Source of the DNA: Octopus sinensis
Lineage: Eukaryota
Assembly: GCF_006345805.1 (NCBI RefSeq)
Contig: NC_042997.1
Span: 142,972,001-143,036,000 of the forward strand
Direction of reading: 5' to 3'
Length of the DNA: 64,000 nt
The position numbers and the translations under genes are program-made. Of the stretch, positions 36,418 through 48,664 are shown piece after piece. The notes under the pieces were generated by a model, which did no database searches, had not been told where the DNA came from, and was given only the letters and a program-made list of their open reading frames with translations. The first letter of the stretch is position 1. Each line of letters opens with the position of its first letter.

Positions 36418-37047
36418 TTGCTTGTGTCTGTGTGTTTGTTGTAAGTTGGTATAATTATACATATATATGTTTTGAGTTTGTAAGATATATTCTTATTGGT
36501 AAATACCTGAGAATGTTCATATTTTGCTTACCCAATCTAAATGTTTCTTGTTTTGTTTAACATGTTTTCATAGCAATTTGGCTTGAAGTGTTTACGAATC
36601 AGTTAACAAGTTTCTTATAGAAGAATTTCTTGTTCGTTGCAGGACCTGTTATTTGACATAGACGTTAAAGTACACGAAGGCGTCCTCGATTTGTTAGAAA
36701 TAGCTGCCAAGTTTTCCCTTAACTCATTCTTTCACCATTGATATGGAAAGGACTACAGCATAAGATATTTTAATTCTTACATTTCCCTTTAAAAGATAGT
36801 GATCACAACTGGAATGTATTTTAATCTTAGGTTTGACTTGAACGATAGGGTTGAATTGGGTTTAATTAAACAATTTGTTATTTTTAATTATCAAAACTGA
36901 GAGGTCACATGAAGTTCAGTGTTGAACGTCAATCGCTCTATCTCACCAGCTGTTGTCACAAATTTGAAAATCTCAAAACCGTTTCGTTGCCACCCAGGTT
37001 TAACTCGATGTTGTCTATACTTTTTTTTTCTTTACTATTGCCAATAG

Positions 37048-37062
37048 GAGGAATTCGAAATG
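37048..37062 (+). CDS. Candidate 15-nt symmetric micro-exon
   Basis: TTTTTTTTTCTTTACTATTGCCAATAG|GAGGAATTCGAAATG|GTGAGT; open in all three phases. Confidence 0.5.
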
Positions 37063-38067
37063 GTGAGTTCCTCAGGCATCGTGACGACTCAACTAGAGCT
37101 AATCTAATTGTTCATCATCGTCACCATCAAGCACTGGACATAGCTGTATCCAGTCCCAGGATTCATAAGGCTAGTTACCTGATTTCCATGGCGTAAAAGT
37201 AATTAGGATCACAACCTCCCCACTGAACGGAACGCCAGTCCGTCGCAAGTTGACAGTCGAGTCGACTGAAACAGTGAAATCAAATGGTTTGCTCAAGAAC
37301 ACAACGCACTACCTGGACTGGTCCGGGAAACGAAACCACTGTTTCGTGATCGTGAGTGCAACACCATAACCTCTGGGCCAGTTTTTCAGCGATGACTAAT
37401 TATTACAATTGCAGAATAATTGAGTTCTCATGTAATCATATTGTTGCAATGGCGGAATTTCCGTCGTTGCCATTAGTTTAGAGATTTGGGCTTACTGCCA
37501 TCCTCTCTGTTTGCGATGTTGAGATCTTGGATCACCAATTCTGTAGGGTTTATGTCTGTATATTATATAGATCTGAAAGCCTTTATTATAGACATCTATT
37601 CCACTGGTCTAAGACGCACTCCAACTTCAGCAGCGCATATTCAGATTAGTTTCAGTGCATTTAAGCACGTAAGCTTAACTTCTCAAATAGGACTCAGGGT
37701 GAGCTTTTTTGAAACAATTTTTTGTGGGTGGGAGAAGTGCATTTGATATGCCATCTAATCCACCCTTCCAATATGTTTGGGACTTGATAACTCAGAAATG
37801 CTTCCCCCCCCCACCATCCCTTAATCTGTGGTGGCAAAAATCCTAGTGGTGAACTAGAACAGGTTCTTGAACTGGAATATGCACATCCGTAGGGGTAACA
37901 TCAGATGAATTACGAGGGTACGCGAGATTTGTAAAAGCACTAGAATTTTGATGTGACTGTGATCAACTTCTTTTCAGAGCTGCACTCTCAGATTTACTAA
38001 ATTGTATTTATAAAAAAAGTTAATCATCCAATATGATGTTTGCAACTCTTGGTTTCCAAATATAATT

Positions 38068-38217
38068 ACTATGTTTACTCGTGTATAAGTCGTACACCAA
38101 ATTTAGTTATAAATATTGGCACAAAATTTTCTGCTTCATATTCAAACTTGGCCTGTGTATAAGTCATACCTCGGGTGGGTTTTTTCAATCAACTTATACA
38201 GATGTAAATTACGGTAA
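38068..38217. mobile_element. pogo/Tc1-type MITE
   Basis: TACTATGTTTACTCGTGTATAAG at the left end against CTTATACAGATGTAAATTACGGTA at the right end. Confidence 0.65.
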
Positions 38218-40167
38218 TTACAAATTGTTACATTGTTTTATGACACCCGTTATCTATTTTGTTTGTATCCAACCACTTTCACAATATATTCTTCACAAGG
38301 GATACGTCAACAATGCTAATTGTGTGAGCTGGGAAGCGCTGAAAGAAGAGTGTTGAAAGCGCCTGAAGTATAATGTTTTACATTGGATTAAGTTTTGCCT
38401 GCATTCCAATCAACTGTATTGACAAGTAAAGTGTACCAGATGTGTAAAAAGCGATTCGATTGTTCCCCAACCCCGTTCATCAGCAAATTCTTGGCATTAT
38501 GTTAACATATGAAATCAATTATTACTAATAAGACTGACATACCATTCATCACATGTATAAAGACAAAATACTAATTGATGTTTCAAATATTTAGAGGGTT
38601 TTATTAAATAGCATATTGAGCGAAATTAGATTTATAAAGCTAAATTTTTATAGGTTAAAAATTAATGGTACTTCATCATCATCGTTTTAATGTCCACTTT
38701 TCCATACTTGCATATGGATCAGACTGAATTCGTTAAGTGAGATGTTTTACAATCCGATGCTGACCTTCCTGTCGCCAAGTCTCACTTGTTTCCATAAAAG
38801 ATTGGAAACCAACAACACCGCTTGTATGACAGTGATACTCGTTTACAACCATCATATGGTTTTAAGATAAAGTGGTACAAACACACACATATACCGTGAC
38901 TTTCTTTCAGTTTCCGTCTTCCAAATACACTTAAGACTGTAGTCGGGCCGGAGCTATAGCAAAAGACACTTGTCCAAGGTAACATGCTGTGGGACAGAAC
39001 CCGAAATCGCACAGTTAAGAGGCGAACTTCTTAACAACACGGCCATGTCTAGTCAGAAAACAATTTAATGGAAATAGTACGTAAGAAGTGTTTATAAATT
39101 ACATGACTTACAAACATCAAATGTTACATATAAAATAGTTATGAAAGTAAATTAAGAGGAATTGTGAAAAATATATACTTTTACAATTCTTCTGCCAGCT
39201 CAACAGTAAGGGCGGGTGGGGTGGAGGTATAATATATAATTTGTAGCGTTAATATAACCCAACTGTCTAAGGCAGCAAGATGGCAGAAACGTTAGCACAC
39301 TGGGCTAATTGCAACATTTTGTCCGTCTTTATGTTCTGAGTTCAAATTCTATCGAGGTCGACTTACCTTCCCAAAACTGCTGGCCTTGTTCTAAAGATTA
39401 AAACCAATCTGACTTGATTACGGAATATATATTTATAGCATTCGTGTTAATAATCATTTTTGCCTATTCGTGCAGTTTTTAATTTTTATGTAACTAAGAT
39501 GAAAATCATGACAACTTTGACACTGATTTATTTTATATATTTAGCGTTTTTAGTCAAATTTTCTGGTTGTCAATTGTAGTTATTATTGCAGCATTTAGCT
39601 AAAGAAAAGTATATTACTAGTCAAGAACTGGAGCAGATTTTAGGCAACTAACTCCCTCTAAATTTCCAGTTTTCGATCTGTCTAAGAAACCATTATTACC
39701 AAAACTGACCTCCCCCTCCATCTATATATTTAAAAAAAATCTCAAAAAAATCACCCTGGGTCCCATATGTGAAGTCGGGTATCCTATAAACACTAAAAAA
39801 AATTCCTAGATTTGCGCTGCTGAAATTTATACTATCAAGTACTATATTTTTAAATGGCAGAATTGTTAGAGCGTCGAGCATATTACCTTCCGGCATTTCT
39901 TCCAATTCTTGACGTTGTGAGTTTAAATGCCGCCGAGGTGAAACTTTACCTTTCGTTCTTCTGGGATCAAGAAAATAAAGTACCAAAATTCCTACTCTTG
40001 TTCCTAAACAGAAGTAGCTATCTTTAAAACTTAGTTTTAACGCCTTGTTTTCTCATTCTACTGTTTAAACAGTTTAAATTTCACAAACAGAAATTTGAAC
40101 ACTGTTTTGATATTTCTTTTCAATAACTTATAATATGATATTGTTGCTGGCATGTTATTTTGGTCCA

Positions 40168-40740
40168 CAGGCGCAGGCGTGGCTGTGTGGCAAGACGCTT
40201 GCTTCCTAACCACATGGCGCTGGGTTTAGTCCCACTGTGTGCCGCCTTTGGCAAGTGCCTTCTGCTGTGGCCTCTGTCCGACCAAGACTTTGTTGGTGGA
40301 TTTGGTAGATGGAAAAAGCTGGAAGAATCCCGTCGTAATATATAGTTGAAATTTATAGAAAGACGAAAGCCGAAGACAGGTGTATGAACAACAAGCGTGT
40401 TAGTTTGACGCTCTGGAAAGTGAAAAGTTCTTTTAAGTTTCGAGCCTACGCTCTTCAACAGAAAGGAATAAGAGAAAATATAGACAGAGAATATTAAAAA
40501 AAAAAAACTTGTGGATTTAGCGGTCAAGCATTATATATATGTGTGTGTCCTCCACCATCGTTTGACAACCAATGCTGGTGTCTTTATGTCCCCCTAACTT
40601 AGCTGTTCGGCAAAACAGACCAATGGAATAAGTACCAGGCTTAAAAAAGAACTGGGGTTGATTCATTCGACTAAAAATTCAGTGATGCCCCAGCGTGGTC
40701 GCAGTTTAATGACTGAAACATGTAAAAGATAAAATTATCG
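40168..40740 (+). mobile_element. SINE family A split by a Penelope-like terminal-repeat remnant (about 40345-40510, minus strand)
   Basis: Head GGCGCAGGCGTGGCTGTGTGG; the insert lies in the central microsatellite; the tail resumes at about 40535. Confidence 0.85.
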
Positions 40741-41400
40741 ATTTTGTTTAATCTGCCCCTTTCTTACGCTTATTATTTTAGAATATAGGCTGTTAAAAAT
40801 CGGCAATGTAATTGCTTGGGTGTATTTATATATTTAGTGTCCTTGTTAATTTTCCTGATTAATATATCCTAATTAATTTTCAATACTTGTAAATGTATGA
40901 CTCGTAACTAAAGAAATAATTAAGAATGTTTTCAATTTTTCTGATAACTAATTCGACTTGCCTAAAGATTAAACCAATACATCCCGGGTAATTTTCAACA
41001 TCTGTTAAAGTACAAAATGTTATATATGAACGAATATTTTATAGATACAAGACAATATTTTGCGCATACAAAACATAATAATAGTCGATTGATGTAACGA
41101 ATGTCCACAGTTCTTTGTATGAGTTAGAAAATCTCTGGAAAGAATAAATTGATTCCGTTGGGAAAATTGTCACATGTCTTGAAACTAAAGAGATGCATGA
41201 TTATTATATTATGCAATCTTTGTCCATGTATGTGCGAGCAGTTTGCGTGTGTCTATATATGCATGCATTTGTATGTGTATTGTATGCTCACTAGAATATA
41301 AGTACATATAGCTGCGTGTTTTTATCTGTAGCACTATGTGCGTAATACCAGTGTATGTATATATAATGTATTCATGTGTTTTTGTGTGTAACGAGAAACA

Positions 41401-42069
41401 AGGGTATATTTTGGTTATCTCGCCCCCATTAAAAAATTAGGTTATCTCCCCCCGTTTTACGAGAAATATCGGTACTTTAGATCATCTTCCTCTACTAAAA
41501 AAATTTTATAACAAATCATGGATCTTTTCGGTTTGAACGGCAGTTTTTTCTAGCGGTGTCATATGAAATTGTCACCCATAATTATGACCCTAGTATCGAT
41601 CTATTGCATTTCAATCTATTTTAGGGTTAGGGGTGGGGGGAAGGGTATCTTTTTTTCTTCACAAATGTAAATAAACCCAATCTGTTTCTTAAACGAGGGA
41701 CATTTTCATACGGCACCGAATGTTTTTTTTTTACCTCAATTAGACGTCAGTGATTGGTTGAAATTGCAGAAATTGAAGAAAAAACAACAAATATTTTATT
41801 AACTATAGAATTTTCTGAATAAAGCCAAGAGAAAAAGATGTTTTATAAACACATTCTACCAGTATACGAAGTTTAAAATTTTTTAGTTACCTAGAAATTA
41901 TGTTAAAAACTGCCGTTCAAACCGAAAAGATCCCAAAATCATACCATTCCTATTGAACAGGCCAAATGTCAACTGTGTGTTGAAGTATTAATTCAAAAAG
42001 ATCTCTTTTAATCCAATCTCTTGTCACATTAACTCTATTTTTTAGTGGGGAGATAACCAGAAAGTACCG
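41401..42069. mobile_element. Older TIR element hosting the 41520-41933 MITE
   Basis: GGGTATATTTTGGTTATCTCGCCCCATTAAAA against TTTTAGTGGGAGATAACCAGAAAGTACCG in inverted orientation. Confidence 0.5.
41520..41933. mobile_element. MITE with perfect 29-bp TIRs and 7-9-bp TSD
   Basis: GGATCTTTTCGGTTTGAACGGCAGTTTTT (41520-41548) and its exact reverse complement (41905-41933); AAATCAT on both flanks. Confidence 0.9.
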
Positions 42070-44364
42070 AAGCACGTGTATAGAGAATGCAAATGTATGC
42101 ACTATTGTATGTATGTAGTAAACAACTTTGAATGTATGCATACAAATAGTTAGATTTGACGTAATTAGTCTGTTGATGGCGTGGATACATTCACTAGATT
42201 GAATTTTCTTTATCCTGCTATAATTCTAGTCACCGTGCTATGTCTGGGATATAGTTGACATTGTCTAGAAACGTAACTAACTGCAAATAATTCTTTTAAG
42301 CGGTTTCTGAGACTGCAAACATGGTTTCAATCCCCAGTTAAAGCTAATTTACTTAAAATATCACCTCTTTTGTTACCATCTTCCTGTTGAAATACGTCGC
42401 TTTGTTTCACTGTTGGTAAATTTACTGAAATAATTTTATCATTAAGCTGGCGTTTGGAACAAATTAACAGGGAATTTTGTTAGATTTTAATTTAGCTCTC
42501 CCTAAAACAGGTAGTTTGTATTATAGAACCAGGTGTAGTCTCTAGTGGGTTAGTGTCAAAAGAGTTAAGCGGCGCGCTATTTCTTTTCCATTCCATTTAT
42601 ATTTTTATAGTAGTAGAACAATTAGGTTAACAGGTGTGAAAGAATAATACTTCAAAGCAATAACAATTTAATTTTTATTGTTTTAGAAATTGTTTCTTTT
42701 TATTGTCTATTAGGGGTTGGGTGAAAATGCGCTAATTGCTCATTATTATTTTTTCTTTATTGAACTTATATTTATTTATATTGTGTCCGATCTAGCTATA
42801 CTACTTTCAATGTTAACTTACTAATACCACGGAAGTGGTATTCTAGATTTCATTCAGTTTATCTTATATTGTCTGTGCGCGCGCGGACGGACACACATAC
42901 ACACACAAACTGAAGTCCAACTCTGAGTTTAAACTGTCTCACTCATTATTTACTTCTGTGTTTTAAACGTTATCTTATCAACACCGCAGTTTTCATTCTG
43001 TTTATCATGTTAGTTATATATACTCTACAGCGACACAGAATAAGTGAAACCCAAATTTTAGAATCAAGTGCTTGATCTTCACTAGTTTTTAATTTACCTC
43101 TACAAATAAATAAATAAATAAATAAATGTCGCATTTAGAAATGTTATAAAGGTTAATTTGTTTGACTAGGTTGAGGCTATTGTTTTTTATGAAAAGGTGA
43201 ATGGAACGTAATCCACAACCACATAGGCATACATAACACCTATGTATATGATACAAAACAAATATAAACGAAAAAAGAATAACTTTTTAAATTTTTAGCT
43301 GTTTTTTTTTCTGTATTTCCCAGTACAAAAACATACAGTAGTATTTTCTCAATGAACGATGTAGTTTTATGTATGTTCCATATATATATATATATATATA
43401 TATACACTCTTTACTCTTTTACTTGTTTCAGTCATTTGACTGCTGCCATGCTGGAGCACCGCCATTAGTCGAGCGAATTGACCCCAGGACTTATTCTTTG
43501 TAATCCTTGTACCTATTCTATCGGTCTCTTTTGCCTGGCTTCCATGCTGGTGGCACATAAAAAGCACCAACCAATCGTTGCCATTGCCAGCCTCCTCCGG
43601 AGTGGTTGGCGTTAGGAAGGGCATCCAGCTGTAGAAACACTGCCAGATCAGACTGGAGCCTGGTGCAGCCTCCTGGCTTCTCAGACCCAGGTCGAACCGT
43701 CCAACCCATGCTAGCATGGAAAATGAATGTTAAACGATGATGATGATGGATGGGTACCTTGAGCAAGTGTCTTTTACTGTAGTCCAGGGTTGATCTAAGC
43801 TATGTGAGTAGATTTGGTAGATGGAAATTGAAAGAAACCCATCATATATGTGTGTGTGCACATGTCTATGTAAGTACACACACACGTATATATATATATA
43901 TATATATATACATATTTTCATGTGTGTGTTCTTTTACCATTTCCTTGCCTTGACATCATGTGATAGTTGTAAGCAAGTGTCACTATTATGCAAGTGATGT
44001 TCTTTGTTTTCAATCTTCCATGAAAACATGTCTGGGCATGGTGAGTATTACCTTCCTTGGAAACAGGTGAGAGTTGGTGACAGGAAGGGCATCTTGTAGT
44101 ACACAATGTGTCTGATCTATGTAAGCATGGAAAAATGGAGGTTTCATATATTATTAATTCGGAAAGGATCGATGAACCACGCTTTCGCGTGGAGACTTTA
44201 AAATATATCTGATCATTCAGGTGCTTAAATTCTGTGTATGTACATACATTTACTCAATTTCTGACCGTTTATCAATGGTCTCTATCACAGTTTTGTTGTG
44301 CCACTTTTTATCACTGGTAAAACTGTCAGCATTTTTGACATGTGTGTGTGTGCGTGCACGCATA

Positions 44365-44600
44365 CAGGATGGCCCAAAAGTAGGTTTACAGTTACTCAAC
44401 TATCTCTTTTGCATTCATATATTAACAGTTTAGATCTTAATAATAAAAAAAATATGAAACCATTATTCTATGCTAATTTAGTTAATTTTGTCAAGCTCCC
44501 TTTTCAGTTTGTAAGATAGAAATTTAAATGTAATAAAATGTTTTAAAAGAAATTTAAAGTGCCTACGTGATAAGTGTAAACCTACTTTTGGGTCACCCTG
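44365..44600. mobile_element. Tc1/mariner-type MITE
   Basis: 26-bp TIRs with 24/26 match (CAGGATGGCCCAAAAGTAGGTTTACA); TA on the left flank. Confidence 0.88.
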
Positions 44601-45109
44601 AATATAATTTTACTTGTTTTAATCATTGGCATGGGGCACTGCTTTGATGGGTTTTAGTCTAATAAATTAACCTAGTGCTTCTCTTTCTTTTTATGTCTGG
44701 TGTTCTATCAGTTTCTTTTGCTGAATTTCTAAGATATATGGATGAAACAAACCAGCATTGGTTCTCAAGTGGTGGCAAGCACACACATACATGATGGGCT
44801 TCCACACAGTTTCTGTCTGGCAAATTCTCTCAAGTGATTGGTCAGTCAGGGATGATAGTAGAGGTCACTTGCCCAAAGTGCCATGCAGAGCTGGGTGGGT
44901 CGGTATTGTGTATTTATATTGATTATGTAACATGCCATATGTACATACTTGTAGTATCAGTGAAATATGTTTAACTTGATCGAGCCTTTATCTTTTCATT
45001 GATAACAAAAACATTACAACTCTATTGTGAAAGAGTCCAATATTAATGACTTTGTTATTGAATGCACACTATTTTTGACCAGTTGTTCTGCAATAATAAT
45101 AATAATCCT

Positions 45110-45303
45110 TTCTCTAAAATTTTGGGTGTAGTGACTAGTCGATTACATTGACCCCTAGTACTCAACTGGTACTTAATTTATCGACCCCAAAAGGATGAAA
45201 GGTAAAGTCAACCTCGGCGGAATTTAAACTCAGAAGGTGAAGATAAACGAAGCACCATTAAGCATTTTGCCTGGTATGCTAATGAGTCTGCTAGCTCGCC
45301 ACC

Positions 45304-45335
<32 letters not shown>

Positions 45336-45445
45336 CCTTTCTGCTATAGGCACAAGGCCTGGATTTTGTGAGGATGGGGATGGTCAATTATATCAACCCC
45401 AGTACTCTACTGGTACTTAATTTATCGACCCCGAAAGGATTAAAG
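45110..45445 (-). mobile_element. Two adjacent SINE B copies separated by (AAT)n
   Basis: Both begin AATAATAATCCTTTC on the plus strand and carry the TTATCGACCCC..AAAGGAT block. Confidence 0.8.
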
Positions 45446-45719
45446 GAAAAAAATTGTCTAATATGCTATAAAATATGGTAGTTTGGCTAGGTGATGATGT
45501 TTATTTGTGAACAGGACTATTCGATGGGAAAGGCATTCAGTGTTGTGTTCTTTGAAACATCTTGTTGGTTATTAATAAAAAAGGATAGGAAGAAGACAAA
45601 TTAGTAACTGTATTATCCAATAAGATGAAATGAGAATTAAGGGTGTTTTAATTTTGCCTCCTGTTTTAATCTCATAGATTTTCCATAATCACAACATAAT
45701 TGTTCAGGCTGTTATTCTC

Positions 45720-46090
45720 TTTTTTCCTGTTTGTCATTTGACTGTGGCTATGCTGGAGCACCATCTTTAGTCAAGCTAAAATCGACCCTAGGACTTATTC
45801 TTTGTATGCCTAGTACTTATTCTATCGGTCTCTTTGGTGAACCACTAGGTTACGGGGACTTAAACACATCAGCATCGGTTGTCAAGCGATGTGGGGGGGG
45901 GGGCAAACACACACACACACACACACACAGCAGACTTCTTTCAGTTTCTGTCTACCAAATCCACTCACAAAGCTTTTGTCAGCCTAAAGCTATAGTAGAA
46001 GACACTTGCCCAAGGTGCCATGGAGTGACACTGAACCCAAACCATGTGGTTGGTAAGCAAGCTACTTATCACACAGCCACTCCTGTGCCT
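45720..46090 (-). mobile_element. SINE family A, full length
   Basis: Head-to-tail homology with the other copies. Confidence 0.88.
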
Positions 46091-46458
46091 GCCACTCCAC
46101 TGCATTTTTAGGATGTATGTCTGTGTAGTTAAGGAGTTCACTTAGAAACCACATGGCTTCAGGCTCAATTCTAGTATGCTGCACCCATGACTGGCCAATA
46201 GCTTGTGAGTAAATTTGGTAGGTGTAAACTACATGAAAGCCCATCGTGTGTGTGTGTGCATTTTTGTCTCTGTTTAGTAACTGATGTTTGTTGTATTATT
46301 GTAACAAGTACCAGACTTTAAAAAAATAAGTACTAGGGATGATTTGATCAACCAAACCCTTCGAGGTGGTGCCCCAGCTTGGCTGCAGTTCAATGACTGA
46401 AACTGTTAAAAGTGCACATGCACATATATTTATACATACACATCTCTCTCTCTCAGTA

Positions 46459-46545
<87 letters not shown>

Positions 46546-47233
46546 TCATACATTTGTTTTCCATGCTAGCATGGGTTGGACAGTTTGTCAGGGGCTGGCT
46601 AAGCAGAAGCCTGCACCAGGCTTCACTGTCTGTTTTGGCAGGGTTTTTACAGCTGGATGCTCTTCCTAACACCACACACACACATACACACAGATGTCAC
46701 TCAGTTTACATCGTAGATCAGTTCCATGTGTTACCATTCAAATTGGAATTGCATAAAACAAGAGGGATATACTTTTAATGATATCATTAATAATAAAGAT
46801 AAACAAAAGTCAGACAACTGTTAAAATGAAGATAATAAATAAGCTTGATTGCTGTGTTGTGTGTGTGTGTGTGTGTGAGGAGGCACTATCATAATATTGG
46901 GCTTTATCTTTCGTCCAAAATAACAGAGCTACATCCATTGTTTACATGTAATTACTACGAAAATAGGATGTATCTTTCAAAGTTATTGAATATATATTGA
47001 TTAAACTGACTCTGACTTTTTTCTTTATTTATATCAAACTGTTTCGTAGTTTCTGTTGAATTCATTCATTTCTATTTTGAAGATGATTTGGTATGTTCAG
47101 TTTCATTACCAGAGAATTTCAATTTTCTTGACTTGTAAAACTATATTTAGTTTTGAAAATATTTAAAACTATGCTGAAGTAAAACCATGCAAACCAAGTG
47201 CTGTGTAAATTGTGAGACACCTCTACGTGTGTG

Positions 47234-47295
<62 letters not shown>

Positions 47296-47462
47296 GTTGT
47301 GTGTGTGTGTATATATATATATATATTTAAAATATAAATTAGAGATAAAACCACTATTATGCAATTTAAACAATGATAGACATAAACCAAAACATAAATA
47401 ACAAAATATATTTTTATAAAGCATATAGCTAGATCACAAAAAGTATAAAAATGAATAATCAA

Positions 47463-47796
47463 TCTTCTATATATATAAACGGCAAAATGTCAAAATGTCT
47501 CCTTTATACAAATCCACAATTTTGAATGACCACTTTCTATGGTCATTCAAAACTGTCCAAGGGTGGTCGTGCACATCTTTACATTTCCCCAGTCACCTCG
47601 CAAAGCCATTAAAAAATCAATAGAAGTGACTTTTTTGTGAATTTTCTATCCAAAACCGAATCAAAATGCCCAAAACTTGATACGCCAATTGAATGCCAGC
47701 TAGCTGTATGTGATTGGTCGGAGATTTGGACAGTACTCACGTGAATGTGTGCATGCACTAGCACTATGACCCGACAACGCCAGGTCATAGTGCTAG
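47463..47796 (+). mobile_element. Non-autonomous Helitron, second subfamily
   Basis: A|TC..TATATATAAACGGCA 5' end; 3' end ACCCGACAACGCCAGG...CTAG|T. Confidence 0.85.
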
Positions 47797-48619
47797 TATA
47801 TAATAAGTAAAGAAAACTACATATGTTTCATGGCTATAATTAAATTCAAATAACAATTAAATTTAAATGTAATTGAAATGAATTCAATTTAAAATTATAG
47901 TCAATCTTCAGGTTAAGAATATCATCATCATCATCGTTTAGCGTCCGTTTTCCATGCTAGCATGGGTTGGACGGTTCTACTTGGGCCTGTGAAGCCAGAA
48001 GGCTTCATCAGGCCCAGTCAAATCTGGCAGTGTTTCTACAGCTGGATGCCCTTCCTAACGCCAACCACTCCGTGAGTGTAGTGGGTACTTTTTACGTGCC
48101 ACCCGCACAGGTGCCAGACAGAGCTGGCAAACGGCCACGAACGGATGATGCTTTTTATGTGCCACTGGCACAAGGGCCAGGCGAGGCTGGCAACGGACAC
48201 GAAACGGGGCGGTGCTGTTAAATAGAAAAGCAAATATATATTTAAAACAAAATAGGGATCTGGAAAATAAAATTGTTTTGGTATTATTTATTGACCATTA
48301 CACATGTTCATTTGCTAATAGGAATCACCTATTTATAGTAGGAAGTAGCTTACATGTTTATCCAACACATACGATTTTGTGATTCTATTAGCAAATGAAA
48401 CAGGTCATGGGGAATAAATAATACCACAAAAGTTTTTCAGGTTCCTCCTTAGTTATATAATAAACTCTGCAATATTTCCAGAATGTTCAACTCTAATATG
48501 TACCTCATGTCAGTACAACTGTGACAACTACATACTGGGTTGTAATATTGGAATAAATAAATGTATTTCAAGAGGATACAGCTTGGATTTTTCCCTATCT
48601 ACATAATGTGTAAATATAA

Positions 48620-48664
<45 letters not shown>

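Noticed and set aside
42823-42846. 8-bp GGAA-loop hairpin followed by CTAG (possible Helitron 3' end); also the GC hairpin at 44177-44192
   Set aside because: Spacing and target base do not fit a Helitron end and no 5' end was found; hairpins this short are expected by chance.
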